From Anthoceros angustus (lineage: Eukaryota > Plantae > Anthocerotophyta): a stretch of DNA of 64,000 nucleotides. The stretch lies in assembly GCA_010909165.1 (NCBI GenBank), contig MU008158.1, positions 1,389,478 to 1,453,477 on the forward strand, given 5' to 3'. Position numbers and translations under genes: made by a program. This document shows, one piece after another, positions 28,165 through 40,256 of the stretch. How positions within the stretch are numbered: the first letter of the stretch is position 1; each line of letters begins with the position of its first letter. The notes beneath the pieces were generated by a model. The model saw nothing but the letters and a program-made list of their open reading frames with translations, did no database searches and had not been told where the DNA came from.

Positions 28165-28720
28165 TTCAAGGGCCAAGGCTCTTTCACTATTGCTTCGTTC
28201 CAAGTCCAAGGTCTTTAGGTAGCGCTTTTGGCGCCTCAGTGTGGTAGACCGCCTGTCGCTCGCTCCCTCGCTTCAAATGCTTCATTTGCATGCACGCCCG
28301 CCTAAGGTGCCTGTGGTCGCTTCCAAAGGCAGGATCCAGCCGAGTTCTAGTTTGCAGCCAATGTTCTCGTGCTGCCCCAAGCTAAGGCCTTCAGGTGCTG
28401 TCCTTCAAGGCCGAGGTGTTCTGTGCGCCTCAAGGCTAAGTCTTTGTTCAAGTTTTCCGTGCCCGCACCAAGCTTAAGGCCTTGTTCAAGGTTCTTTCAG
28501 CTCGTCTGGCTCATGCCTTTGCCGTTTGTTCAAGGCCAAGGTCTCTCGAAGTTTGTTTCAAGGCCAAGGTCGCTTTTCAGCTCGCTTTCTTTTTCAAAGG
28601 CGTGGGTTTCCTGTGTCCAAGGTCAAGGTGTCCCCGCACTTAAGGTCCGTGTTATTGCCGCGTCAAGGCCAAGGTGTTTTTGGCAATCAAGGCCGTGTGT
28701 TCGCAGGTGAAGGCCTTCGC
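28165..28720. repeat. Dispersed CAAGGCCAAGG-type motif array (10 or more copies)
   Basis: Recurring TCAAGGCCAAGGT variants at irregular 30-70 bp spacing. Confidence 0.7.
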
Positions 28721-28983
28721 CTCCCATGTGAAGTCATTTTTCGCTACGTTGTTGTTCTGCTGCTCGTTTTTCCATTGTTGTTTTGCTACTGCTTTTGTGC
28801 GGTTTTGTCTTTGATTGTCGCTATGGTCGGTGTATCGGGCTCGCCATCGGTCTCGCTGCACCGCGCTTGTTTTCATGTCGCCGTCAGTGCTAAGCAAAAG
28901 CGCAGGCTTTTGTCATTCTTAGGAATGACTCTTTGCATGCATAAATGTTGTCGATTCTGTCTCATACGCCCTTCGCTGCTAGT

Positions 28984-31900
28984 CACTACTATTTGTCCTC
29001 AAAACAACGCCTCCAAAACAACGGTTGAAAAGGCGTTGTTTAGGTTCTGAGCCATACCTCGCTTTGGTGTGGATTTACTACTAGGTCCGGTAATTCTTAA
29101 TGAGTAATTTTAGTTCTTAACAAATAATTTTAATTTCAATGATTAATTTTAAATTTAATCAATATAGTATATAATTAATCAGATATTTAGTAAAACAATG
29201 GAATACACTTAACGCTTTCATCCGCATCCAACGGTCCCGTCCTGCTCCAACTTGTCGAACTTAGTACCCGGCCGAATCCAACGGGCCCCGCCCCCACTTC
29301 ATGAGCACATCCTGCCCTGCTCGGAGTCGAGAAGCCCATCCGTCCTGCTCGACCCTAGGAGCCTTTTCCTGGCCCCAAGGGCTCGTCCGATCCTAACGGT
29401 TCCTGCCTCATTCTAACGTGTACTCCCAAGTTCGGCCCTAAGTGATCCCGTCTGCCTCAACGGCTCCGGGTCCGATCCTATCAGCCTGCCTGACTCTAAC
29501 GGGATCGGCTCCAAGTCGCATCCCCTGTCTGACGGGTCTCGCATATCCGAGTGTGGTGAGGACAGTTAAAATGGGTTGTAGAGAAAGAGAGGTTCGACCC
29601 CAAGACCTCCGACACTACACCTGGACAATCGGACCAATAGATGACGAACAATAGATGTTTTTTACATATACATCACTTTGAAAAACACGTCCATCACAGA
29701 CAACTACCAGCAAGCATCCAGTATTTCGAGGATCCTTTCTTCTCAAGCTTGTCTACACCGGAGTTCGTTATGCAAGCTCCCGACCTAAGCTCGGATCCGG
29801 TTTGGAGCGGATTTCGAGGGCACCGATTCCGAGAATGTGCCGGAGGATGTGCTTATGAATCGGAGTCAACATCAGAGACCGGGAGAAGGAGAAGCGGCGG
29901 AGATTAGGTACCCTTGTGCTCGAATTGCCGCTGGTGGCTCATGGATGGAAGGCTGAATGCTGCCGGTGTCCAGCATTGATGCTCGCGTTGGTGCGTGTGT
30001 GCACGGCAGTCTGAATTGGCCACCAAGGAGCGGGCAAAAGGTCCGGTGAGAGTGCCTTGTTGATCCTCCCGCCCATAGTTGCAAGGAAGCCATGGAATTC
30101 GGGAGAGCAGGATGATGAGGTTGCAGCAGACGCTTGTTTCATCCGCCAAGCTGTTTGAGTTAGTTAGGTGACGACCTCACAAGGCCGGAGAAAATGAGAG
30201 ATACACAAAATGGAACCGCTGGTAGAGCATTTGACCGGTGATGGATGCCGATGGTATCAAGCCATTGGAACACCCACAAGATGCTTAATCACTTCGCGGT
30301 GCGAAGCTTGATGGAGGCATTTTCCCTTTGGGCTTTACATCGAGGTGACTTCCATCAATGCCAAAGCCGCTCAAATGTCCTAAGTCTGCGAAGGAAGGTT
30401 ATATACTATCGCTCGCTATGGTCCACGCTATGGATCAATCGTCCATCCTCGGTGTCTCATGATTTCTCATGGACTCTTTGTTTTCAAATCTAACAGCTTG
30501 TAAAGTTCCCAGCAGTATGTGGTCAAAAATTGGCCAAGGTTAAATTGCCGCTTGCATGGTATGTGTCTCCTCATTTATCAACCGCCTGGATCACATCGAT
30601 CTCGCCACCTGCAGGTTCGAGGAGGCTCATCGTCTGAATAGCGTATATGACCAGGCATCCCGACGAACTAAAGCAAAACAAATGGAAATGGATTGTTGAT
30701 GTTGACTACTATATGCAGCATCATTTTGTGAACTTCCAGTATGTGAGGTGTCTCGGATCTAACAAATCAAGGCTAAGCGTACCGCCTTTTTGCCGATTCA
30801 TCCTCGTCATGGAATGTACCAGTAGATTAACAAGTTGCAATGTCTATGTCGATCGCCTCCTAGTCTCGATTTAACTTCCCGATTCGCTTCAATATTGCGC
30901 CCAAAGGTGAGGTCGTTGAAGATGCCTCAGAACTGGCCGCTCGGTTCATTGATGGCACCTTCGCCTTACGTACCACCATTTGATGGTTTTGCATTCGCAA
31001 GCCGGAGTTGCTTGGCTTGATGTGGCGGATGGATTGGTACACACTATCTGCTCGGCAATTGGTGAGTGGGCTTAGTGTCATCATCGTTATATGTTTGTTC
31101 ATATCTCACATGGTCATGGTGGATTGTGCTCCTTTCATTTTTGGTAACGTCTGGAAGCCTTATGAGCATCTGATAGATAAGTTTGGGAGATTTAAGCTAT
31201 GGCATGCGGGGGTTCCCCGCTTGTGGCAATCTCCTTCTCCTTTTTGTTCGAGGGTGCTGGACATGTACCTCCTTGGGGCAACCTCTACCACAAAGACATG
31301 TGTATGCGGTTCTAGTTTGTATGCGACCATTTTCAACGGGTGGCTGGAACCCAAGTCTCGACATGTACATTCTTCCATCTTCGGATTATTCACATCCTCA
31401 TTTGGCCAGCACATTACACCAACCATCTTCGTACATGAGATGAAGCGCTTTGGGGTTGATCCGCAGTCGCTGGTCAACCGCATTACATCAAATGCGACGA
31501 GCCGAGTGGCTCTCAACATGCAATTCATTCACTATGGTCAAGAGTATTATCCTTCTCACGAACAAGCAGCAATTTTGGGCTGCGATGTAGAGACCTAATG
31601 CTCTCATCGCAATGTGATGTGTTTCAAACCTCTTCTTGTACGCAATTGCTTTCTTGCCTTCAAACCATGCCTTCGACCAGAATCCTGGTGCAATGGCGTA
31701 TGTGTGGTTTTCATCTTTGTTCTAACAACTTGCTTTGGTTGGATTGAAGTGCAACCGACATGCCTTGTTACCGCGGCGGGTATCGCATCGATGGATTGCG
31801 GTGGCTATATTGCGGTTGCGTGTTTGTGCTCATTTTTCAGCTTGGTGTTGCGAGCCTAGGTGAGATCCTTTGTATCATGTTGTTAAGACACTTAGCAAGA

Positions 31901-32722
31901 TCATACACCGCAGACGACAAAAGAGTCCATCCTCTTGTCGGGTCATGTATGTGCCTCCTGTTTTTGTCCGCAGTTGACACACCATTCGATGTTTCAACCG
32001 CCAAAGTTGAAAGTCTCTCCCTTATTTTGGTTGCGTTCCTCTCTACTACCAAGTAGTCAGTAGTCTATATGCTTGCACGCCTTGCAACAAATGTTTCGTG
32101 TGAGAATCGGAAGCCATGAATTGAGGGTAACTAAACAAATTGGGTCACCGCAACACCTTTTCAACAGACATTTCGAATCAACTCTTTCAACGTCTTGAGT
32201 GAAGGTCAAATCGCAGGCCCTTCTTCCTTTCTTTGGCATCCACGACTTAAAAATGCCAACAAAGCGGGTAAGGAACAGAGTGTTGTACCTCTTTAGCCGT
32301 GAAAAACTTCTTTCTGCAGACTGGGAATTGAACCCGAGCATCCTCAAGTTATCATCCCATTTTTAATAAAGTATTTCATTGAGTAATTATTATTTTATAA
32401 GCCAAATGGGGAAAAATTGAAACGGGGAATGGGAACAGGACAGAACGGGCGTGACGAGAACGGGCGGACGAAGCGGACACAATGATGGAGCGGTGGGCGG
32501 GGCGACCGCAGTACGAAAACGGAAAGAAATAATGGGAGCAGGGTTAGGTATGGGTTAAAGATGAGTTAGGAAAACAACGGTTCCTAAATTTAAAACGAAA
32601 ACAACGGTATTTCGTTGTTTTCAGCTAGGTTCGGGTGGCCGTTGTTTTTCCAACTTTTCCGTTGTTTTTTACAAACATGCGTTGTTTTCACACGTTGTTT
32701 TGGATCCTCAAATGTAGTAGTG
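28984..32722. mobile_element. 3.74-kb non-autonomous CACTA element with cargo, nested in element C
   Basis: Ends CACTACTATTTG and CAAATGTAGTAGTG. Perfect 3-bp TSD AGT (28981-28983, 32723-32725). AAAACAACG/CGTTGTTTT subterminal repeats at both ends. Confidence 0.93.
30190..31600 (+). pseudogene. Unidentified coding-like cargo in the small CACTA
   Basis: Broken ORFs (DELKQNKWKWIVDVDYYMQHHFVNFQ; 196-aa ORF 31008-31598). No transposase motifs recognised. Confidence 0.35.
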
Positions 32723-32745
32723 AGTTATTCTCGTTGCGTAGTTTT

Positions 32746-33090
32746 TTAGTTCGAGTGTTCTTGTTTGCTGTGACGCCAGCCTTTGGTGTCTGCCGTTTTA
32801 TGAAAACGACCAGCAGTAACTCTCTTCGACTTAGAGCTTTCGAACTTGTTTTGTTGCAGCTAGGCTTAGTTTGTAAGGTCACATCTTTGTGATGATTGTG
32901 TAATGCGTTGTGACTCAAGCTTTCGATATTCTAGCTCGAGTGTTCTTGTTTCGTGTTTTGCCAGCCTTTGGTGTCTGGTTCGTTTTTATGAAAACGACCA
33001 GTAGTAACTCTCTTCGACTTAGAGCTTTCGAGGTTGTGTGGTTGCAGCTAGGCTTAGTTTGTAAGGTCAGCTGCAAGGTGTGATGATTGT
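32746..33090. repeat. ~185-bp tandem duplication
   Basis: Two copies of CGAGTGTTCTTGTTT...ATGAAAACGACCAG.AGTAACTCTCTTCGACTTAGAGCTTTCGA...GTTTGTAAGGTCA. Confidence 0.9.
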
Positions 33091-33114
33091 ACTCTTCTGA
33101 CAGCGTTTTTTTTA

Positions 33115-33347
33115 TTTCATTGTCTTCTTACCATCTTGCTTTTTTTGATGCAGTCAAGTTTTCCCGTCAAAGTTGGACTCTCAGTTCGGCACCAATGCGT
33201 GTCAGTGTGGTTTTGTTCATATGTCTCGTTCCACCCGACTTGTACGTAATGTCGACAGTAGTCTTGTTCATTGTCTTCTTACCATCTGCTCGCTTTTTTT
33301 GATGCAGTCAAGTTTTCCCGTCAAAGTTGGACTCTCAGTTCGGCACC
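33115..33347. repeat. ~80-bp direct repeat, ~153-bp period
   Basis: TTCATTGTCTT...GATGCAGTCAAGTTTTCCCGTCAAAGTTGGACTCTCAGTTCGGCACC occurs twice. Confidence 0.9.
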
Positions 33348-34854
33348 CAACTTGGTACGTTATCGACAGTGTAGTCTTGTTCAGTCTTCGTGTGAGTTGT
33401 GCTTTATTGTTCAGTATCTTTTTTGTTCAGTACAGTAATTCAGTACTTACTAATCTTGTCTTTCCTGTTACAACTCTATTGGTTTTCCTGTCTTACCAGG
33501 TCCTGGTTTTCCGAGTTGTTGGTTCTTTTTAAAGGTGTGGTTGATATTGATGTCTTTAATTTGGTCATGAAAGTACCTTCTAATGTTTTTGGCCACTTTG
33601 TGAATAGTTTGCTGACACGCGGGTTCTAGATGCAGAAAAGCTTGGTTCAAGTACCGGACGTCATGCAGGATTTCGTCCTGGCGTGACTTCTACGTGTGGT
33701 ATGCAACTGTTCATACATTTTGATAGTCGATTGGGTTGTTTTTTGGCGTAAATTATTTTCGGTAGTTTTTCCAGCGTTTCTTTCTGATGTCGTGCGGTTG
33801 ATCGATGCATGTCAAGCTCAGTAGTTTGATGGCTTTTTCACTATAATTGTTGTCACGTGAGTTAGTAGTCATTTGTTCACTATAATTGTTGTCATCTGAC
33901 TATATCAAGGTAGTATCTCCTTTGTGTTTCGTATGCGAGTTTGGAGGTTTACATCTGAGATGCCTGCGGTATGATGTTCGTAGTTGTATCGTTATACATT
34001 TTTGTAGAGATCGTCGTATTTCCATATCGCATAGTTAAAGGTTACTTCCTTTTACATTGGTATGTCTTTGTGACATAATGGTTATTCCGTGACTTGTTGT
34101 TTACTGCCTCCGACAGCGTTTGCTGATTTCTCTGGTTTTGGTTATTATTGTCGGTGTATTGTCAGACTTCAATCCGTTTCTGTCTCGTTTTTCTAAGGTT
34201 CTTGCCTTGATGCAGACAATCCTTGTCCTGGACGTATAAGGAGTTTTGTTTGGGTGTAACCCTGCATATGGTATGTCAACTGTATATTTAAACCCGATGA
34301 TTTCTCCTCATTGATAATTACCTCGTTGTCTTTTAACGTGTAGTCGTGAGTTCTCATGAATAATCTAATTCTTTACTTGTGTGTAGGCTTTATTGTTCAT
34401 CGTGTGAAGGGTTGGCCAACATTCGATTACGTCTGCAGTGAATCGGGATAACCATTCTGAATTTGAAGTCATGATTGAATCTCGTAGTTTGCGTTGTACA
34501 TTCTTGTTGTTTTGTGCGCGGATAACCTTATTTTTGTTTGTTTTTTCCTCTTAAATCTAACTTGCCGACAAAGTCTTCTATTACAGTATGTGGGTGTTGT
34601 TTGAAAAGGAGTTATCTGTTCTCACTAACCAAAAGTGGAGGGATTTCAATATTTAACAATGTGTATATTCAATGAATGTGTGCCATATCCCCCATCCCTA
34701 TCCTCGTCCTCGATTGTTTTATAATCAATTGTTAGACCCTTGGTTCCTATCTGGAAGTTCGAACACCATGTAAGTGCTTTTATTTTGTCTTTTGTCAACT
34801 TCTGCGGGATGTTGGTGTCAAGTTCCTTGACCACTCAATTCTTCTCGCTTTTTG

Positions 34855-36950
34855 ATGGCTCCTAAAAGAAAACCCACTGGGCCTGCTGGGCCGGGAAAAA
34901 AACAAGGATCTCTGGCTGAAGTTATGGCTAAGCCATATACAAGACAGCGTGTCAAATCCGCGGTTCCGCATACTGCAACTCATCCGCTGCAGGATGATGG
35001 TAAAGTTGATGGTGTCTTGGTGCACAGTAAAGGAACGTACTTAGTTCCCAAAAAAGACGTGCCCAAACCGCCAAGGCAATTTTCATCCAAGAAGGACGCT
35101 CGGCGGTGAGTTTGTTCGAGAAGAGGAGAAGGGTGGACACTCGACACTGGCTTTGGTTGAAGGTCCTCTTGCAGATTACTAACTATGTCGATTAAAGAGG
35201 GTCCAGTTGTGGGGAGAATGATTTCTTGATAGCATCCCATGGTTGTGAGTGCCAAACTGTCTGAGTCTAGAGATTTGTGCTGTTGAGCGATGCTTCTGGT
35301 GGCTTTTCCATACTGTTGTGGTTCGACCACAGTCATCACGATCAAGAAGTGCTTGATATGTTTTGAGAGGCTAAAGTGTGATGATCCGAAGATGACTTTG
35401 CCATGGGTATGGAGGAAATTGATGATGAAGCAATTTTGAGAGCGGTTGACCCAATAGTCCCGAGGGAGGCCGAATGATGCTTTGAGTGGTGGGAGGATAG
35501 GTCCGGCGGAATAAGCGGTGTCGAGTCGTCTGGGCCTTTATGAAAGTGAGTGGGGTCGGGGATGGGATACTCTGTTGAGGATATCCTTCACAAGGATCTA
35601 AATCTTATTCGATACCCTTTTTCCATCAAGTTCGAATCAAGGACAAGATTTTCTCCGAGAAAGTAGTGATGTTTTGACTTGTTGATTTTGACTTTTTCAC
35701 ATGGTGATTCTTGATCTCTCTTATGCGTTGATGTCTTCTTTCGTGGTTTTAACCGAATTTTAACAAGGAAGTGCATCTTGAACCAAAGCTTGGCAGTTAC
35801 GATGTTCGATGATCAACATGTTTCATGGAATTTTCCATGGGTCCCGAGCGTTGGTTGTCCATGAAAATCAAAAGGACCTTGGGATTGTGTCATGTCGAAA
35901 AGAGGTGAAGTTGATTTCGATGATGATGAGATTCTTTCGAGATCATCAATGCTCATTTGGGCGGGGCTCAAAAAGGTAATATTGTTGGTTTAGGGGTGCA
36001 CTTTGATTGTTCATTTATGGTTTTAAACAGGTCTTATGCCTATTGTTTGCGGTGTGCATATTTTTGCATGACCGGGTTTGGAGTTCGAGGTGGTGAAGAG
36101 TTACATAACCTCGTGGACTTCTCGTTCTCGATTCAGAGGACCTTTTGTTCGGTATGTTTTGGTTGTTTTGTTCATTGTATCTTGGCGTTTTGATGTTTTT
36201 GTCTCTTTTGCGGTGTATGACTTTCGAAAAATTATAAAGTGGACATGAAGAATTACCAGAGTGAGCATTTTAGTCAAAGGTCAAGATTTTCTGACGGATG
36301 TTATCGAAACTTTTAGAGTCATATTGAACACTCTCCCAAGTGTGCAAACGACAAAAATGTCAATTCGGGGTTTCTTCAATTCAACAATTGATAACCCAAG
36401 ATCAAATGTAAGTTTGTTGTTATTTGGGCTTAAGTTTTGTGGTTTGTATTTACTAAGCTTGTTTTTGGCTAGGCTTGGTATGCAAAACTCGTGTTTCAAA
36501 AGGAATGTTGTCAAGGTTCATGAAGACCATGGGTGAGCGGTGGGCTCGTTGGCTATTACACCAATAAGAGCTGGTAACAATGATTACACGTTTGACGATG
36601 GCTCGGTGCCTTCGATCTTTGGGAGAAGTGTGGTAGCCATAAAGCGGATCTGGATTCTCAAGGTAATATGTTTTGAAAGCTTGTGACATTTGAGTCCTTT
36701 GTATGTTCCTTCCGTTGATATGGTTTTTGAGATATGGTGTGCAGTCAAGCAAAAGCAGTGACAAGAGTCCTTGTTCACGGTGAGCATCCTATCGAGCTTT
36801 TGAAGCGAAGAACTTAATCGGATGCGGGATGATTTAAGGGTGTTCTTCCGTCAACATCCTCAATGTGACTCACGAAATTGTATTTTCTAGTCGGCTGAAG
36901 ATCGGCACCTTAGTGCAGTTAACAATGTAAGTGTTTGAGATTTGTTGCAA
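34855..36950 (+). pseudogene. Intron-containing tyrosine recombinase, Crypton/DUF3504-like, frameshifted
   Basis: Starts MAPKRK (NLS-like). YFCMTGFGVRGGEELHNL carries the catalytic Arg (36077-36112). Then KNYKVD, WY....SKGMLSRFMK, YTNKS..VTMITRL (36557 onward, HxxR box with H>K), GxHK, and spliced SR|YG with a candidate Tyr at 36733-36735. Confidence 0.75.
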
Positions 36951-38622
36951 GTTTGTAGGGACTTGATCAAAATCGTGTCGACTTGTTTTTGTGTGTTAGG
37001 TCTGTAGCCCTCTGTTCATCATGAAAGCGGACCTTTGAACAATGTCAAGACCGAATCGAGTTTTCCGCACCATGTGGTCCACTTTGTCAAGTTCGAGTTG
37101 GTATTCGAGTTCCTTGGTTGCATCGCCATGTTGGATCTTTTAATCATCTTGGTCTCTGTTGTTATGGGCGGTGGGAGGCGTGGTGTTTTGGTTGCAAACA
37201 TACCTCCACAGCGATGGCCAAGGCATCGGATGGATAACAGACCAACAAGGTGTTCTAGTGAAATTCCATATGTTGACAAGGTTGATTCTTTGTGCATTTG
37301 TTTGTTTTCACTTCTTTTGGAGTTTCGATTATGTTTATCTTGGCGGTTGTGAATCCTGCGACTAGTGTAAGCAGCCTTACTGTCCCTCATTTCAACATTG
37401 ATATACGAGGGAAGTGGATGCAATGGTCCCTCTGTTGGAGGGCATTGTGCATAGTGAGTGTGATCATCCGAAGTTAACACCGAAATGTGTGTGGTAGCAC
37501 CTCTGGATATGTATTGCGACTGTGTTGCAAATGGAAATGGAAGTGGCTTTGAGCGGGCTTCGAGATTGCGCGAGTACGGAATTGGAGTATGATGAGCGAA
37601 GCGAATTGGAGTTTCGGCAAAAAGGATTTGGAGGCTCTTATAGAGAGACAGGCGCGGTTGAATTAGTCTCTAAGCAAAGAGAGAAAGCCCTTGAGATTGA
37701 GGCGGAGAAATGTGGAGAGGAGACAAGAGCACATTAAGCATCAAGAAAGCGGCGAGATAGAGCAAGAGGTTCAAGGCTGCGGTGGAAAAGAGAACGAGCG
37801 AAGAATGTGCCTCGAGATATTTGCACTGCTGAAAATCCAAATCCGATTGGTAAGTTTTCTTATGCTCTTTATTAATCAGCAGTACATTGAAAATCAATGG
37901 TTGTATTTTATTAGGTTGTCACCTTGCAGGAAGCCGGACAATTTCGTCCAAGTCCTCAGCTTCATCAATTGGTTGCCAATAATGATGCTGTACAAGTGCC
38001 AATCAAGCCAAGTGGTCGTGAAAATTACGTTTTCAATCTGTATAATTGTACAGTCAATTTCCCTAAATAAGGTGAGTATCATTTCTTAAGTATTTGCTAT
38101 GATTATTTCCAGTGTTTTCTAGTATCAGCCTAATCACGGTTTGTGTGTCGCTTTGTTTGTAGGTTCCATTGTTGTTGAAGTAGAGTTCAATCTAGCGAGT
38201 TCAATCTATTCGGTATTTACTCTTCATTAGTTGAATTTGTATTTCATGCCATTACGGATATAGAAACTCGCAAAGAAAAGGTTTCTTTGTTGGTTTTTGT
38301 ATATCACGGATCCGCATGAATATTATTTAACGAAATGTTTTTGTCGATTAGCGATTTTGGTGGGATTTCTAGAATGAGCTTCTAGACCTGGTATTCACTT
38401 AGTCGTCATGTTTTCTACTCTAGTGCTCTATTTTCTACCTTGATGGTAGATGATTTTACCCCACTTGGATGGTTCATTGTTTTCTACCTTGATGGTAGAT
38501 GATTTTCTACTATATTGTAATGAATTTCTTATGGGTAAAACAATGACCAAAGGTCAATTCTCTCTCATTCACACTGCACCGAAAAAAATCAGGCGCGTGA
38601 GGCCCCGAGCGAAGCGACTTGC

Positions 38623-39000
38623 GTGTGTGTGTCCGGTGTAAGTGTGTGGGATAAGTGGTGTAGGCACCATCGCATGCATATCATAAATGTGATGGCGTGA
38701 GTGTAGAGATAGGATGGCATCATGGCTGCATAGGCCATATCGCTTAGAATACGGACAAGCACAATTAAGGCTCAGTGGCGAAGATCTCCGGCGTGTGCGG
38801 GCGTGATCACGGCCCTTCGGAATTCGGGCCGGTGATTAAGATCGGATGTAAGCTACAAAAGTCGACAATCCGTCATTAGGGCGGATTGTTGATCTACGAT
38901 TCAAGAGAAAGCATGACGGATCCAGGCGTTCTTGATTGCACTGTGTGCGATCCAGTGAATGTGTGCATAGGAGGAGCCGCTCAAATGGAGTGATTTTGCA
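38623..39000 (+). repeat. 5' terminal repeat A1, second part
   Basis: Matches 52526-52870 and 54300-54569, ending GGAGCCGC.CAAATGGAGTGATTTTGC. Confidence 0.9.
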
Positions 39001-39009
39001 TCAACAATC

Positions 39010-40256
39010 CCCTTTGGTGAAGCCACACCAGGCGACAACCTTCGACTCGAAGGGTTCGACAGAGGAGCCAAGATTCGGGCGGCAAACGGAGGACGTTGAA
39101 GTCGATGATCCAAAGACGGTGGACCATACAGATAAGTCCATGGTAGATTGCCGTGAAAGCGTGTTGGACTATTCGCTGCTGTTTTATGCAGGCAGACCCA
39201 TTCAGGAGTGGGCCAACCTGGCGGAGCTGGAACCGGCTGATTTGTGGCAACGCCTCTGGGATGAGGTGATCGACAAACTGGCATGGTTGGCGGACTGGAC
39301 GCGGGGAGGAACGGACACCAACTTTGACGGCATGCCTTACATAGTCTCTCGAAGGGGGAGGGATTGACAGCAATGGTGTTGCTACGGTCAGGCTGGACGA
39401 ACGAAAGCACACCGAAATCGGAAGCATTCAACCTTGTTGCACGACCTCCCTCGGTTCCCAGGACAGGTGGTCAGTTTGAGTGGAGTCACACTCCTATCAG
39501 ATCCATTGATTTTGAAGAGAGTGGTGGTGGCGCCGGGGATGGAGTATGAACCAATACCAAAGAAAATGATGTGTTCAGTGTAGACACGTGAGTATGTCTC
39601 CGATTTTGAAGAGAAATTTAGATGGGCGATCGATGAGATGGTGCTCAAATATAAGTCCAATTCACCGAGATGGCACTTAGAAAGATGAGCACATTTCTGG
39701 CTCGTGAAGCTTTAACTTGCTATCGTGATTGTAAAGAAAAGATTTTGCAGGATGCTCATACTTCGCTGCGAATGAAACGGGCAAGGAAAGCTGCCAAGGT
39801 CGATGATGATGAACCAGGCTCATCGGATTCATCCCAATCTGAGGTTATCACTTATCTGGTGGACGAAATGTTCGTCAAGTTTGATGAGATGTTTCCAGTG
39901 GCGTCCGTTGAGAAAATCCAGAGTTGTAAGTTTGTGATCAAACCAAATGAGCCACTAAGATGCGTATTCACGATCGAAATGTGAAAGACACCAAGGTGAA
40001 AACCATGAGGGAAGCAACAAGAAATATATATTGCAGCCTTGCCAGAAGGCAGAGAGGGTGATCGCCAACTGCATATGTTACATGGGCATTATGAGTTGGA
40101 ACAGCCTACGAGATGGCCGCGAGAGAGTTATGAAAAGGAGATGCCGCCACCAATGCCTACCGGGAGGAGCACAATGTGGGAGGACATGCGATCAACACCC
40201 ATAAGCAAGCATGGGAAATCCCACTCATCGCGAGCACGTGGGGTGAACACTAACGT
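39010..40256 (+). pseudogene. gag-like region, interrupted by element B; zinc-knuckle remnant resumes at ~45715-45775
   Basis: Lies between the terminal repeat and the protease. Helical capsid-like ORF 39670-39984; RQVCLRCG after element B. Confidence 0.6.

Larger units (their letters stand above)
24266..38622 (+). mobile_element. ~14.4-kb Crypton-like tyrosine-recombinase DNA element (copy C)
   Basis: Inserted precisely within repeat A (GTGTGATAACG|GTGTGTCC). Encodes a DUF3504/Crypton-type YR. Left GGAACGG..CCGAACGGC..GAGGC and right AAAAATCA.GCG..GAGGCCCC..GCGACTT ends are shared with copies A and B. Confidence 0.8.

Noticed and set aside
34855-36950. YR as the integrase of the split-repeat retroelement (DIRS/Ngaro-like)
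   Set aside because: It lies inside a separate element that interrupts repeat A1 and shares ends with A and B, and it contains introns.
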